Positions 1 to 10,395 of a stretch of DNA of 64,000 nucleotides are shown here, piece by piece. The DNA lies in assembly GCA_963737655.1 (NCBI GenBank), contig CAVTTN010000002.1, positions 7,168,001 to 7,232,000 on the forward strand, given 5' to 3'. How positions within the stretch are numbered: position 1 is the stretch's first letter; every line of letters begins with the position of its first letter. Position numbers and translations under genes: made by a program. Below the pieces are notes generated by a model that was not told the origin of the DNA, searched no databases, and saw only the letters and a program-made list of their open reading frames with translations. This stretch comes from an uncultured Planctomycetota bacterium (lineage in GTDB: Bacteria; Planctomycetota; Planctomycetia; Isosphaerales; Isosphaeraceae).

Positions 1-1
1 C

Positions 2-970
2 GTGATCCCGGCCGTCGAGACGACCGAGAAGCACGGCGCCGACGTCCTCCGACTCTACGTCGCCAGCCTCGACTATTCCGACGACGTGAGGATGAGCGAC
101 CGAGGGATCAAGGAGGCGTCGGAAGCCTATCGCAAGATCCGCAACACGTTCCGATACTTGCTCGGGAACCTGGAGGATTACGCGACGTTCGATGAGTCGA
201 CCGTCCCCGCCTCCACCTTGCAGCCGGTGGACCTCTGGGCCCTCTCGCAGCTCGACCGGGTGATCGAGGAGGTCCGCGGCTCCTACGAGAAGTTCGAGTT
301 CTACCGCGTCTATCAGCGGATCTACCAGTTCTGCGCCGTCGATCTGTCGAGCTTCTACCTCGACGTCCTGAAGGATCGGCTCTACGCCGACTCGCCGAAT
401 TCCGAGGGGCGTCGGGCGGCTCAGTTCGTGATGGCCAGGATTCATTCGGCCCTCGCCAGGCTCCTCGCGCCGATCCTCCCGCACACGGCCGATGAGGTCT
501 GGGACTTCCTGCCCGACTCGCCGGGGAAGGCGGCGAGCGTCCACCTGGCCGAGTTCCCCAAATCCTCCGGGGAACGTGCGAGCCTCGTCAGCGATTGGCC
601 GCAGTTGTTGATGCTTCGAGGCGACATCCTGCAACGGCTGGAGAAGCTCCGGAGCACCAAGGAGATCGGCAGCAGCCAGGAGGCGTCGGTGACACTGGGT
701 AGCGACGATCCCGCGACCCTCGCCTTCTTGATGTCCTCTCAATCGCTCCTGGCGACGATCTGCATCGTTTCGGAGGTCACGGTCGGCGGCCCGAGGCCCG
801 AAGGGGCGACCCCGGCCAGCGATCCGGCGATCTGGATTCAGGCCGCGAAGTCGCCGCACCCGAAATGCGAGCGGTGCTGGAACCTTCGCGCCAGCGTCGG
901 CGAGGCCCCGGACTACCCGACCCTCTGTCAGCGATGCGCCGGGGTGATTCGGGAACGCGAGAAGGGCTGA
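2..970 (+). CDS. ileS: Isoleucyl-tRNA synthetase, C-terminal part (5' end outside the window)
   Basis: GADVLRLYVAS...YRKIRNTFRYLLGNL, LSSFYLDVLKDRLY, LAPILPHTADEVW anticodon-binding region; C-terminal KCERCW...LCQRC zinc finger typical of type 1 IleRS. Confidence 0.96.
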   Translation: MIPAVETTEKHGADVLRLYVASLDYSDDVRMSDRGIKEASEAYRKIRNTFRYLLGNLEDYATFDESTVPASTLQPVDLWALSQLDRVIEEVRGSYEKFEFYRVYQRIYQFCAVDLSSFYLDVLKDRLYADSPNSEGRRAAQFVMARIHSALARLLAPILPHTADEVWDFLPDSPGKAASVHLAEFPKSSGERASLVSDWPQLLMLRGDILQRLEKLRSTKEIGSSQEASVTLGSDDPATLAFLMSSQSLLATICIVSEVTVGGPRPEGATPASDPAIWIQAAKSPHPKCERCWNLRASVGEAPDYPTLCQRCAGVIREREKG

Positions 971-1017
971 TGGCCCCGGGTCGGCCGGGGAACTCCAAGT
1001 CCGTCCGACCGCGGCCC

Positions 1018-1045
1018 TTGCGGGACGATCGGTTCGATCTATAAT
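1018..1045 (+). promoter_or_regulatory. Putative sigma70 promoter for the DUF2203 gene
   Basis: TTGCGG (1018-1023), 16 bp spacer, perfect TATAAT (1040-1045) in otherwise GC-rich intergenic DNA. Confidence 0.5.
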
Positions 1046-1231
1046 GAGGCTTGTCGGTGATGGCGCGGAGAGGGCCCCGAACCCGGGACGAGCCGGGGGA
1101 CCCCGGCGCGGCCTTGGCCCGGGCTTTGCCGAGGAGTCGATCGGGAGATGTCGGGGGGAGCCGTCCGCCCCGGGACCGGTATCCCCGACTGCCCCGAGCC
1201 CACCCGCTCGTCCCCGCGAGGAGTCGTCCCC

Positions 1232-1693
1232 ATGCCCTCCGCCAACCCGGTCGCGACGAAGAAATATTTCAGCGTCGAAGAGGCGAATCGGACCCTGCCC
1301 CTGGTCCGGCAGATCGTCGGCGATGTCGTCCGTCAATTTCAGGTCGTCAGCGAGTTGAGCACCCGCCTCGCGGCGGTCTCCCGCCGAGAACCCCGCCGCA
1401 AGGGCCAGGCGGACCCGTATTCCGAGGAGCTGGCCCACAGCAAGGCCGAGCTGGAGATCGAGGAGGAGAAACTTCGATCCTATCAAGAAGAGCTCGAACG
1501 CCTGGGCGTCGAGCTCAAGGGCAGCGACGGCCTGTGCGACTTCCCTTGCCTGAAGGACGGCCGCGAAGTCTACCTCTGCTGGAAGCTCGGGGAGCCGGAG
1601 GTCGGCCACTGGCACGAACTCAACGCCGGCTTCGCGGGCCGCCAGCCGATCGCGACGCTCCAGACTCCGAGGGCCTCACCCAGGCCCCGCTGA
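1232..1693 (+). CDS. DUF2203 family protein
   Basis: FSVEEANRTLPLV...LGVELKG...GLCDFP...GREVYLCWKLGEPEVGHWH...GFAGRQPI matches the family pattern. ATG 1232 follows GAGGAG. Confidence 0.85.
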   Translation: MPSANPVATKKYFSVEEANRTLPLVRQIVGDVVRQFQVVSELSTRLAAVSRREPRRKGQADPYSEELAHSKAELEIEEEKLRSYQEELERLGVELKGSDGLCDFPCLKDGREVYLCWKLGEPEVGHWHELNAGFAGRQPIATLQTPRASPRPR

Positions 1694-1826
1694 ATCGATC
1701 CGTCTCGCCTTCCGAGCCGGCGAGGCGCCCTGGAAGCGCCGGACCGGCTAGGAAGGCGTGAACTAAGGACCTGGTCAAGTCCTGTCCGGGGCAAGCCCCG
1801 TGCAAGGTCTCCAGAGTCGCGCGCAA

Positions 1827-1900
1827 TACGCCCGGCAGGATTCGAACCTGCGACCCGCGGTTTAGAAGACCGCTGCTCTATCCATCTGAGCTACGGGCGC
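1827..1900 (-). tRNA. tRNA-Arg (anticodon TCT)
   Basis: Reverse complement GCGCCCGTAGCTCAGATGGATAGAGCAGCGGTC-TTCTAA-ACCGCGGGTCGCAGGTTCGAATCCTGCCGGGCGTA folds as a cloverleaf with GTTCGAATC T-loop. CCA is not encoded. Confidence 0.95.
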
Positions 1901-1977
1901 CCGGGTCGGTCGAGGACGGGGAAGGACGAGAGGCTGGGGCAGGTCAGACGTTGGGGCCTGAGAGGCGGTCGCGGCGA

Positions 1978-2051
1978 TGCGCCCGGCAGGATTCGAACCT
2001 GCGACCTACGGTTTAGGAAACCGTCGCTCTATCCATCTGAGCTACGGGCAC
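1978..2051 (-). tRNA. tRNA-Arg (anticodon CCT)
   Basis: Reverse complement GTGCCCGTAGCTCAGATGGATAGAGCGACGGT-TTCCTAA-ACCGTAGGTCGCAGGTTCGAATCCTGCCGGGCGCA folds as a cloverleaf. CCA is not encoded. Confidence 0.95.
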
Positions 2052-2112
2052 CGATGCCGATCGTGACACCCCGACTCGATTCCCGGTTCGGGGCCTCGAA
2101 CGGGTCGAATGG

Positions 2113-2141
2113 ATTTTGGTGCGAGCGAGGCCGGATGTCAA
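2113..2141 (-). promoter_or_regulatory. Putative sigma70 promoter of the tRNA-Arg pair
   Basis: On the minus strand: TTGACA (2141-2136), 17 bp spacer, CAAAAT (2118-2113), about 60 nt upstream of the first tRNA. Confidence 0.6.
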
Positions 2142-2315
2142 TCGGTGTCCGATGGGGGGCGGGTCGTTTCGGGCGGGGGCCGCGGCGGCGCCTCTCCTCC
2201 GGGCGGGCCGTTCGCGATAGAATGTGTCTTCCTTGGCTGGTGCCTGGAGTGAACGGTCCTTGGGGCGGGTCCGGGCTGGCCGACTCCGCCCTCGGCCTCC
2301 GGGCCGGGATGATTC

Positions 2316-5300
2316 ATGAGCGTCCGCGACCGTGCTTCCGCCCGATATGCCGTCGCCCTCGCCAGCGTGGCGGTGGCCGTGGCGATCCGGTTCGGCCTGG
2401 AGACGACCCTGGCCGGGTCGGTCCCCTACGTCACGTTCTTCGCGGCGGTGGCGTTCTCGGCGTGGTTCGGCGGCCTGGGTCCGGGGCTGACGTCGTTGGC
2501 CCTTGGGGCCCTGGCGGCGTCGCTCCGGCTCGCTCCCGTGGGGTCCTTCCGGATCGATTCGCCCCGGGACCAGCTTGGCCTGGGCCTGTATCTGGCGATG
2601 GGCTCGATCATCGTCGGCCTCTGCCAGGCGCAACGGACCGCCGCGAGCCGGGCCCGCGACCGCGGACACTGGCTGGAGGCGACCCTGGCCGGGATTGATG
2701 ACGGGGTGATCGCCACCGACGTTCTCGGCCGGGTCGTCCTGATGAATCCCGTGGCCGAGCGACTCACCGGCTGGTCGCGGCCCGAGGCCCTGGGCCGCTC
2801 CCTGGCCGAGGTCTTTCGCGTCGTTGGCGAGGGCTCGGGAGGGCCTCTGGGCGACCCGGTGGGCCGGGTCCTCCGGGAAGGGAGGCTGGTGGCCCTGGCC
2901 GAGCGACCGGCCCTGATCGCCCGGGACGAGTCCCGATGGCCGGTCGAGGCGTCGGCCTCGCCGATCCTGGATGGCCGGGGCCAGGTGGCGGGGGTCGTCC
3001 TGGCCTTCCGCGAAATCTCCGCGAGGAGGCGGGCCGAGGCGGCGCTCAAGGAGCATGAAGAGACCCTGGCCTCCGCCTTTCGGGCCGCCCGGATGGTGGG
3101 ATGGACCTACCTGCCCGGCTCCGACCGGATCTTTCGCACGGAGAATGCCCAAGACGTCTTCGGCCTGAGCCCGACCCATTCGGCGGCCGAAGGCTGGCGG
3201 GTCGTCCACCCCGACGACCTGCCGGCGTATCAAAAGACGGTGGCCGACGCCGTGGCCAGCGGCTCGGGCTACATCGCCGAGTTCCGCTTCGTCCGGCCGG
3301 ACACCGGCGAGATCCTCTGGGTGGAGGACCACGGCCGAGGGGTCCGCGATCCGGCCGGGTCCGTGGTCCGGGTCTCGGGCGTGCTGCTCGACGTGACCGA
3401 GAGGAAGAGGGCCGAGGAGGAGCTTCGCCGCAGCGAGGAGCTGTTCCGCGGCCTGGCCGAGGCGAGGTTCTTCGGCGTGACGTTCGGCCACCTCGACGGC
3501 CGGATCTCGTATGCGAACGACTACTTCCTGAAGATGGTCGGCTACTCGCGAGAAGACCTGGCCGCGGGACTCGTGACCTGGGAGGCGCTCACGCCCCCCG
3601 AATCGCTCGAGATCGACGCGAGGACCAAGGCCGAGATGGCCCGGACAGGCGCCGTCGCCCCGTTCCGCAAGGTCTACCGCCGGAAGGATGGCTCTCGCGT
3701 GCCGTCGCTGGTCGGCGTGACGCGAATGCCCCCGGCCCCGGGGCGAGAGGAGACGATCCTCGCCTTCTTCCTCGACCTCTCGGAGATCGAGAGGGCGAAC
3801 CTCGCCCTGGAACGATATCGCCTCCTGTCGCGGCATGCGCGGGACATCGTCCTGTTCATCCGGCCCGATGGACAGCTCGTCGAGGCCAATGACGCGGCCG
3901 TGGCCGCGTACGGCCATCCTCGAGAGACCCTGCTCCGGAAGACGATCATCGACCTCCGCGCCGCGGAGACCTCCCCCTCCTTGATCGACCAGATGAGCCG
4001 GGCCGACGCCGGCGGATTGACCTTCGAGACCGTCCACCGACGGGCCGACGGCCGGCCGTTTCCGGTCGAGGTCAGCTCCCGGGGCGAGACGATCGCCGGC
4101 GAGCGGCTCCTCCTGAGCATCATCCGGGACATCAGCGAGCGGAAGGTCGTCGAGAGGCAGAGGGAGGACAGCGAGAGGCGGTATCGGACCCTGACCGACG
4201 CGGTCCTCCAGCTGATGTGGGCCAACGATCCCCAGGGCCGGACCTTCTTCTGCAACCGCCGATGGGCCGAATACACCGGCAGCGAGCCCGGGGAGAACCT
4301 GGGGACGGCCTGGTATTCGTTGATCTACCCGGACGACCTCGGGGGACTCCGGGCCGCCCGCGAGGAGGGGATCGCCTCGGGTCGGCCCTATGCGTTCGAG
4401 TATCGACTGCGCCGCCACGACGGCCAGTACCGCTGGCACATCGCCCGGATCGTGCCCATGACCGACGCGACGGGGCGGGTCGAGACCTGGTTCGGCACGG
4501 CGACCGACGTCCACGACATGAAGCTTGCCCAGGACGAGCTGCGATCGGCCCGAGACGCCGCCGAGGCCGGGGCCGGCCCGCGACCAGTTCCTCGCGGTCC
4601 TCAGCCACGAGCTCCGCAACCCGTTGATGCCCGTCCTGGCCTCGGTCTCGGCCCTCCTGGACGACTCCGAGACCCCCGGATCGGTCCGCCCGGTCCTGGA
4701 GATGACGAGGAGGAACGTCGAGCTGGAGGCCCGATTGATCGACGATCTCCTGGACGTGACGCGGATCGTCCAGGGCAAGCTCCGGCTGGAAAGTCGGCCC
4801 GTCGATGCCCACGACCCGATCCTCCGGGCCCTGGAGATTGCCCGCGAGGAGATCGACCGCAAGAACCAGTCGCTGGTCCTGGACCTCTCGGCCCGGGATT
4901 CGACGGTCCAGGCCGACCCGGCCCGCCTCCAGCAGATCGCCTGGAACCTGATCAAGAACGCCTCGAAGTTCACGCCCGAAGGCGGCGAGATCGCGATCAC
5001 GTCCCGGGACGAGCCGACCGAGAACGGCCGTCCCCGGCTGGTCGTCTCGGTCCGGGACTCGGGAATCGGGATCGACCCGGACGCGCTGCCCCGGATCTTC
5101 GATGCCTTCGAGCAGGCCGACCCGGCCATCGCCAAGAGGTTCGGCGGCCTCGGGCTCGGCCTGGCGATCAGCCGGACCCTGGCCGAGGCCCTCGGCGGGG
5201 AGCTCGTCGCCTGGAGCGAGGGATCGGGCCTCGGCGCCGAGTTCACGCTGGTCCTCCCCACGATCTCGGCCCCCTCGACCGACGCAAGCTCGCCCGCCCT

Positions 5301-5745
5301 GGTGGCCCCGTCCGAGCCGCTCGCTCCCCTGAGCATCCTCCTGGTCGAGGACAACCCGGACAGCCTCCGGGTGATGGCCCGCCTGCTCGGGGCCCGGGGC
5401 CACCGGGTCACGACCGCCTCCGGAGTGGCCGAGGCCCTGGCACGCGCCAACCCCGACGGCTTCGACCTGCTGATCAGCGACATCGGCCTGCCCGACGGCT
5501 CGGGCCTCGACATCGTCCGGCAAGTCGGCCGGAGGGCCCGCCTCGGAGCCATCGCCCTGTCCGGCTTCGGCATGGAGGACGATATCGTGCGCAGCGGAGA
5601 GGCCGGTTTTTCCGCCCACCTGACCAAGCCGATCGACTTCGGCACCCTGGAAGCCGCGATCCGGCGAGTCGTCCTCCAGAACACTTCGATCCGCCCTCCC
5701 GTGGCCGAAGGGTACTCCCTGGAGGACCGTCGCGCGCAGGTGTAG
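2316..5745 (+). CDS. Hybrid sensor histidine kinase/response regulator (DUF4118-like TM region, 5 PAS, HisKA, HATPase, REC); frameshift near 4565-4580
   Basis: ORF 2316 gives TM helices and five PAS/PAC units. ORF 4525..5745 continues RDQFLAVLSHELRNPL (H-box), NLIKNASKFT, DSGIGI, GGLGLGLAI and a receiver domain (LLVEDN, LISDIGLPD, HLTKP). The frames join at AAEA|RDQF. Confidence 0.9.
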
Positions 5746-5812
5746 AGTCGCGGGACCTCCGGCGATCGGTGATCGGAGGACCATCCGTCTCGGCTCTCCC
5801 GGAGACTTCGCC

Positions 5813-6724
5813 ATGAAGCCCGCGATGATCGGCCTCGGCCTGTTCCTGGGCCTCGCCCTCCCGACCGCGATCCTCGCCGACGAGCCGGCGAAGCCGACCG
5901 TGATCGATCTGTGGCCCGGGCCACCTCCGGGCGATTCCGGTCCGTCCATCGGCGAGGAGAAGCTCACTCGCAAGGCCGGAAGCGAGACGATCCAGAGCAT
6001 CACCAATGTCTCGAAGCCGTCGTTGTCGGTCTATCAACCGGAGAAGAGCAGGAATTCGGGCGTGGCGATCGTGGTTTGCCCCGGAGGCGGCTATACCAAC
6101 CTCGCCTGGGACCACGAGGGAGATCAGGTGGCCCGGTGGCTGAACTCGCTGGGGGTGACGGCCGCCGTCCTGAAGTACCGGGTGCCGAGGCGCCCCGGTT
6201 CGCCCCGCGACCAGCCTCCTCCCCAGGCGTTGATGGACGCTCAACGGGCCCTGGGGATCGTCCGCTCGAAGGCCGGGGAGTGGGGCGTCGATCCGAAGAA
6301 GGTCGGCATCCTCGGGTTTTCGGCGGGGGGGCATCTCTCGGCCTGGGCGGCCACGAACTGGGATCGCCGGACCTATGAGACGATCGACGCGAGCGACTCC
6401 GCGCCCTGCCGGCCGGATTTCGCCGTCCTGGTCTATCCCGGAGGGGTCGTGAAGCGGGATACGCTCGAACTCTCGCCCGAGATCAAGATCACGAGCGAGA
6501 CCCCGCCGATGTTCCTCGCCCACGCCGATAACGACCCGGTTCCCTCGGAGAACAGCGTGGCGATCTACCTCGCCTTGAAGAAGGCGAAAGTGCCGGTCGA
6601 GATGCACATCTACAGCCTCGGCGGCCACGGGTTCGGGATGAGGCCGGGGCCGTTGCCCTCGGCGACCTGGCCGAAGCGGTGCGAGGAATGGCTCCGGGCG
6701 TCGAAGATCCTCGCGGAGAAGTGA
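5813..6724 (+). CDS. Secreted alpha/beta hydrolase (acetylxylan esterase/lipase-like)
   Basis: Signal peptide, CPGGGY oxyanion motif, GFSAGG nucleophile, Asp in HADNDPV, His in GGHGFG. Confidence 0.88.
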   Translation: MKPAMIGLGLFLGLALPTAILADEPAKPTVIDLWPGPPPGDSGPSIGEEKLTRKAGSETIQSITNVSKPSLSVYQPEKSRNSGVAIVVCPGGGYTNLAWDHEGDQVARWLNSLGVTAAVLKYRVPRRPGSPRDQPPPQALMDAQRALGIVRSKAGEWGVDPKKVGILGFSAGGHLSAWAATNWDRRTYETIDASDSAPCRPDFAVLVYPGGVVKRDTLELSPEIKITSETPPMFLAHADNDPVPSENSVAIYLALKKAKVPVEMHIYSLGGHGFGMRPGPLPSATWPKRCEEWLRASKILAEK

Positions 6725-6831
6725 AGGGAGCCCGGGCCTCCACCCTCGGGCGTCGGAATTGCATGAGGATTTCCCCGGGTTCGTGGCACGATCGGCCCGG
6801 GGAGGTCCCGTTGAGACCGGGGCGCGCACGG

Positions 6832-9366
6832 ATGGCATCGAATGAGGGAGGCCGGCACCGGGACGTTCGCCCGATCCGGGCCCCGTGGTGCGAACGGCCG
6901 GCCGACGATCGGCCGAAGCGGGCCCCGGGGCGTCCGGGCTCGCCCCCTCGGTGGAATTCCGGCGCGAAGGATGGGGTGGGGACGGCCCTGGAGTCGCCGG
7001 GCTCGGCCGGCGCGGCCTGGTTCACGATCGCCCGGGGGGTGCTCACCGAGGTCTTCTATCCCGACGTCGATACCCCCGGCCTCCGCGACCTCGGCCTGAT
7101 CGTCACCGACGGCCGCGACTTCGTCTCGGATGAGAAGGACGACGCCGAGACCATCGTGCAGACTCCGGCCGATGGCGTCCTCCTCCACCGACTGACCAAC
7201 ACCTGCCGCCGGGGGCGATATCGGATCGAAAAGTCCGTCTTCGTCCACCCCGAGGGGGCGGCGATCGTCCAGGAGATCGAGTTCCAGCCTTTGGCGGGGT
7301 CGATGGGCGATTACCGCGTCTTTGTCCTGGTCGATCCGCAATTGGAGAACCACGGGGCGGGGAATACGGCGTGGCTGGGCGAGTCCCGGGGCGTGCCGAT
7401 CCTGTTCGCCAGCCGAGGGGCCTCGGCCCTGGCCCTGGCCTCGTCGGCCCCCTGGAACGCCGGTTCGGCGGGGTTCGTGGGCAAGTCCGACGGCCGGGCC
7501 GACCTGGTCCGGCACGGGAGGCTGACGAAGGAGTACGACCTCGCCGAGGACGGCAACGTGGCCCTGGTCGGGGAGGTGGACCTGGCCTCGTGCGACGGTC
7601 GGTTCCGGCTGGTCCTGGGCCTCGGCAGGGACCCCGAAGAAGCCGCCCACCGCGCCGTCTTCGCCCTCCTGGACGACCCCGGGCGAGGCCGGGCCGGATA
7701 CGTCGGCGGGTGGCGATCCTGGGTGCAGAAGCTCGCGATCCCGGAGCCGCCGGGCGGTTCGGTCCGCAACCTGGGGAAACTCAGCGCGTCGGTCCTGAAG
7801 GCCCACGAGGACCGGAACGTCCCCGGTGCGTTCGCCGCGAGCCTCTCGATCCCCTGGGGCGAGGAGAGGGGCGACGGCTCCGACCCGAAGGGCACGGGCG
7901 GCTATCACCTGGTCTGGCCTCGTGACCTCGCGGAGACGGCCGGCGGCCTGCTCGCCGTGGGGGCGAAGGCCGAGGCCGTCCGCGCCCTCCGCTACCTCCG
8001 CGCCACCCAGAGGGCCGACGGCCACTGGCCCCAGAACCTCTGGACCTCCGGGGCCGAGGCGCTCTCGGGCATCCAGATCGGCGAGACCGCCTTGCCCCTG
8101 ATCCTGCTGGACCTGGCCCGCCGCGAGGGGGCGATCGGCCCCGAGGAGGCCGCCGGGTTCTGGCCGATGGCCAAGAGGGCCGCCGGCTACATCCTCCGCT
8201 CCGGCCCCTCGACCCAGGAGGACCGCTGGGAGAACCAGCGAGGCTACACCCCGTTCACCCTCTCCGCGGCGATCGCCGCGTTCCTGATCGCCGCCGATCT
8301 CGCCGAGGAATTCGACGAGCCGGGCCTCGCCCCGAGCCTCCGCGAGGCGGCCGACCTCTGGAACGCCGCCATCGACAGTTGGCTGTTCATCACCGACAGC
8401 GATCTCGCCCGCCAGTATCAAGTCGAGGGCTACTACGCCCGGATCATCCCCCCGGAGCTGGACCTGACCAGCGCCCCGAGCGAGCGGAGGCTCCGCTGGC
8501 GGGGCAAGCACCCGGTCAAGGCGGAGGAGTTCGTCGAGGTCGTCAGCCCGGACGTCCTGGCCCTGGTCCGGTTCGGCCTCCGTCCGGCGGACGATCCCCG
8601 GATCGTGGACACGATGAAGGTCGTCGATGGGTTGCTCAAGGTCGAGACGCCGAGGGGGCCGTCCTGGAGGCGATACAACGGCGACCTCTACGGCGAAGCG
8701 CCCGACGGATCGCCGTTCACGGACCACTCCTCCGGGGTCGGTCGGGCCTGGCCCTTGCTCTCGGGCGAGCGGGGGCATTACGAGCTCCAGGCCGGCCGGC
8801 CCGAGGAGGCGGCCCGGCTCCTCCTCGCGATGGAACGCCTGGCCGGCGACTCGGGGATGATCCCGGAGCAGGTCTGGGACGCGAAGGACATCCCCGAGCG
8901 CGGCCTCTTCCTCGGCCGGCCCACCGGCTCGGCCATGCCCCTGGCCTGGGCCCACGCCGAGTACCTGAAGCTCCGCCGCTCCCTGGCCGACGGCCGGGCG
9001 TTCGACGTCCCCCCGCAGACGGTCCGCCGCTACGTGGAGGGCAAGGCGCCGTGCGACCGGGCGGCCTGGCGGTTCGACCATCCCCGAGGGGTGATCGCCT
9101 CGGGCGAATGCCTCCGCCTGGAGGTCCTGGAGCCGGCCGTGGTGGCCTGGAGCGCCGACGGCCGGGCGAACCGCGAGGAGATCGCCACGACCGACTCCGG
9201 CCTGGGCCTCCACGTCGCCGACCTGCCCACCCGCCGGCTGGCCGCCGGCACCCGCATCGTTTTCACATTCCGATGGATGGACGCGGACCGCCGGGAAAAT
9301 CGGGATTTCGAGGTCGCCGTGATCGACCCCGAGTCCCGGCCCCGGCCGAAGGGGAGACGGTCGTGA
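6832..9366 (+). CDS. GH15 glucoamylase / glucan 1,4-alpha-glucosidase (start uncertain)
   Basis: APGRPG..PRW..GAKDGVGTA, WFTIARGVLTEVFYP, ASLSIPWG, GGYHLVWPRDL, QEDRWE, GRAWPLLSGERGHYEL, IPEQVWD, SAMPLAWAHAEY. Confidence 0.9.
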   Translation: MASNEGGRHRDVRPIRAPWCERPADDRPKRAPGRPGSPPRWNSGAKDGVGTALESPGSAGAAWFTIARGVLTEVFYPDVDTPGLRDLGLIVTDGRDFVSDEKDDAETIVQTPADGVLLHRLTNTCRRGRYRIEKSVFVHPEGAAIVQEIEFQPLAGSMGDYRVFVLVDPQLENHGAGNTAWLGESRGVPILFASRGASALALASSAPWNAGSAGFVGKSDGRADLVRHGRLTKEYDLAEDGNVALVGEVDLASCDGRFRLVLGLGRDPEEAAHRAVFALLDDPGRGRAGYVGGWRSWVQKLAIPEPPGGSVRNLGKLSASVLKAHEDRNVPGAFAASLSIPWGEERGDGSDPKGTGGYHLVWPRDLAETAGGLLAVGAKAEAVRALRYLRATQRADGHWPQNLWTSGAEALSGIQIGETALPLILLDLARREGAIGPEEAAGFWPMAKRAAGYILRSGPSTQEDRWENQRGYTPFTLSAAIAAFLIAADLAEEFDEPGLAPSLREAADLWNAAIDSWLFITDSDLARQYQVEGYYARIIPPELDLTSAPSERRLRWRGKHPVKAEEFVEVVSPDVLALVRFGLRPADDPRIVDTMKVVDGLLKVETPRGPSWRRYNGDLYGEAPDGSPFTDHSSGVGRAWPLLSGERGHYELQAGRPEEAARLLLAMERLAGDSGMIPEQVWDAKDIPERGLFLGRPTGSAMPLAWAHAEYLKLRRSLADGRAFDVPPQTVRRYVEGKAPCDRAAWRFDHPRGVIASGECLRLEVLEPAVVAWSADGRANREEIATTDSGLGLHVADLPTRRLAAGTRIVFTFRWMDADRRENRDFEVAVIDPESRPRPKGRRS

Positions 9367-10382
9367 TGGACAACGGGGAGAGAGGGCGCGTGGTGGTCGT
9401 CACCGGGGCCTCGGCCGGGGTGGGCCGGGCCGTCGCCCGAGCCTTCGCCGACCGAGGAGCCCGGGTCGGCCTGATCGCCCGGGGCCGCGCCGGGCTCGAA
9501 GGCGCCCTGCGCGATGTCGAGCAACGAGGAGGCCGGGGGATCGTCCTGCCCCTGGACGTCGCCGACGCCCAGGCCGTCGAGGACGCCGCGGACCGGGTCG
9601 AGGACGCTTTTGGGCCGATCGACGTCTGGGTCAACAATGCCATGCTCTCGGTCTTCTCGCCCGTGAAGGAGATGAAGGCCGAGGAGTATCGCCGGGTCAC
9701 CGAGGTGACTTATCTCGGCACGGTCCACGGCACGCTCGCCGCCCTCCGGCGGATGCTCCCCCGGGACCGAGGCGCCATCGTCCAGGTCGGTTCGGCGCTG
9801 GCGTATCGCGGAATCCCTCTCCAGTCCGCGTACTGCGCCTCCAAGCATGCGATCCAGGGGTTCTGCGACTCGCTCCGCAGCGAGCTGATCCACGACGGCA
9901 GCCGCGTGAGGCTCACGATGGTCCAGATGCCGGCGCTGAACACGCCGCAATTCTCCTGGATCAAGAGCCGATTGCCGAGGAAGGCGCAGCCGGTCCCGCC
10001 GATCTATCAGCCGGAGGTCGCGGCCGAGGCGATCGTGTGGGCCTCGGAGCACGACCGCCGGGAGATCTACGTCGGCTGGCCGACGGTCGAGGCCATCGTC
10101 GGCAACAAGATCGCCCCGGGCCTGCTCGACGACTACCTCGCCCACTCCTGCTTCGACGCCCAGATGACCGACCAGCCCGAAAACCCCGACCGGCCCGACA
10201 ACCTCTGGGACGCCGTGGATGAGGCCGTCGATCACGGGTGCCACGGCTCGTTCGACGACCGCGCCCGGACCTCCAGCTGGCAGCTCTGGGCGGACCTGAA
10301 CCGGGGATGGCTCGCCCTGGCCGGCGGAAGCCTCGCCGGGCTCGCCCTCGCCGCCGCCGTGGGCCGTCGCCACCGCCGATGA
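9366..10382 (+). CDS. SDR family oxidoreductase
   Basis: TGASAGVG, WVNNA, YCASK (YxxxK). ATG overlaps the GH15 stop (TGATG). Confidence 0.92.
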   Translation: MDNGERGRVVVVTGASAGVGRAVARAFADRGARVGLIARGRAGLEGALRDVEQRGGRGIVLPLDVADAQAVEDAADRVEDAFGPIDVWVNNAMLSVFSPVKEMKAEEYRRVTEVTYLGTVHGTLAALRRMLPRDRGAIVQVGSALAYRGIPLQSAYCASKHAIQGFCDSLRSELIHDGSRVRLTMVQMPALNTPQFSWIKSRLPRKAQPVPPIYQPEVAAEAIVWASEHDRREIYVGWPTVEAIVGNKIAPGLLDDYLAHSCFDAQMTDQPENPDRPDNLWDAVDEAVDHGCHGSFDDRARTSSWQLWADLNRGWLALAGGSLAGLALAAAVGRRHRR

Positions 10383-10395
10383 TTCTTGTAGTGAG

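Noticed and set aside
1700..2316. Genomic island integrated at tRNA-Arg
   Set aside because: No integrase, no direct repeat of the tRNA 3' end in the window, and the flanking genes are typical chromosomal genes.
2013..5924. 1303-aa minus-strand ORF, and similar long shadow ORFs (6610..9213, 15046..18063, 19872..23198, 31709..37897, 42349..45942, 48675..52697)
   Set aside because: They lie antisense or out of frame to well-supported genes, are Arg/Gly/Pro-rich and lack motifs, as expected from stop-codon scarcity in high-GC DNA.
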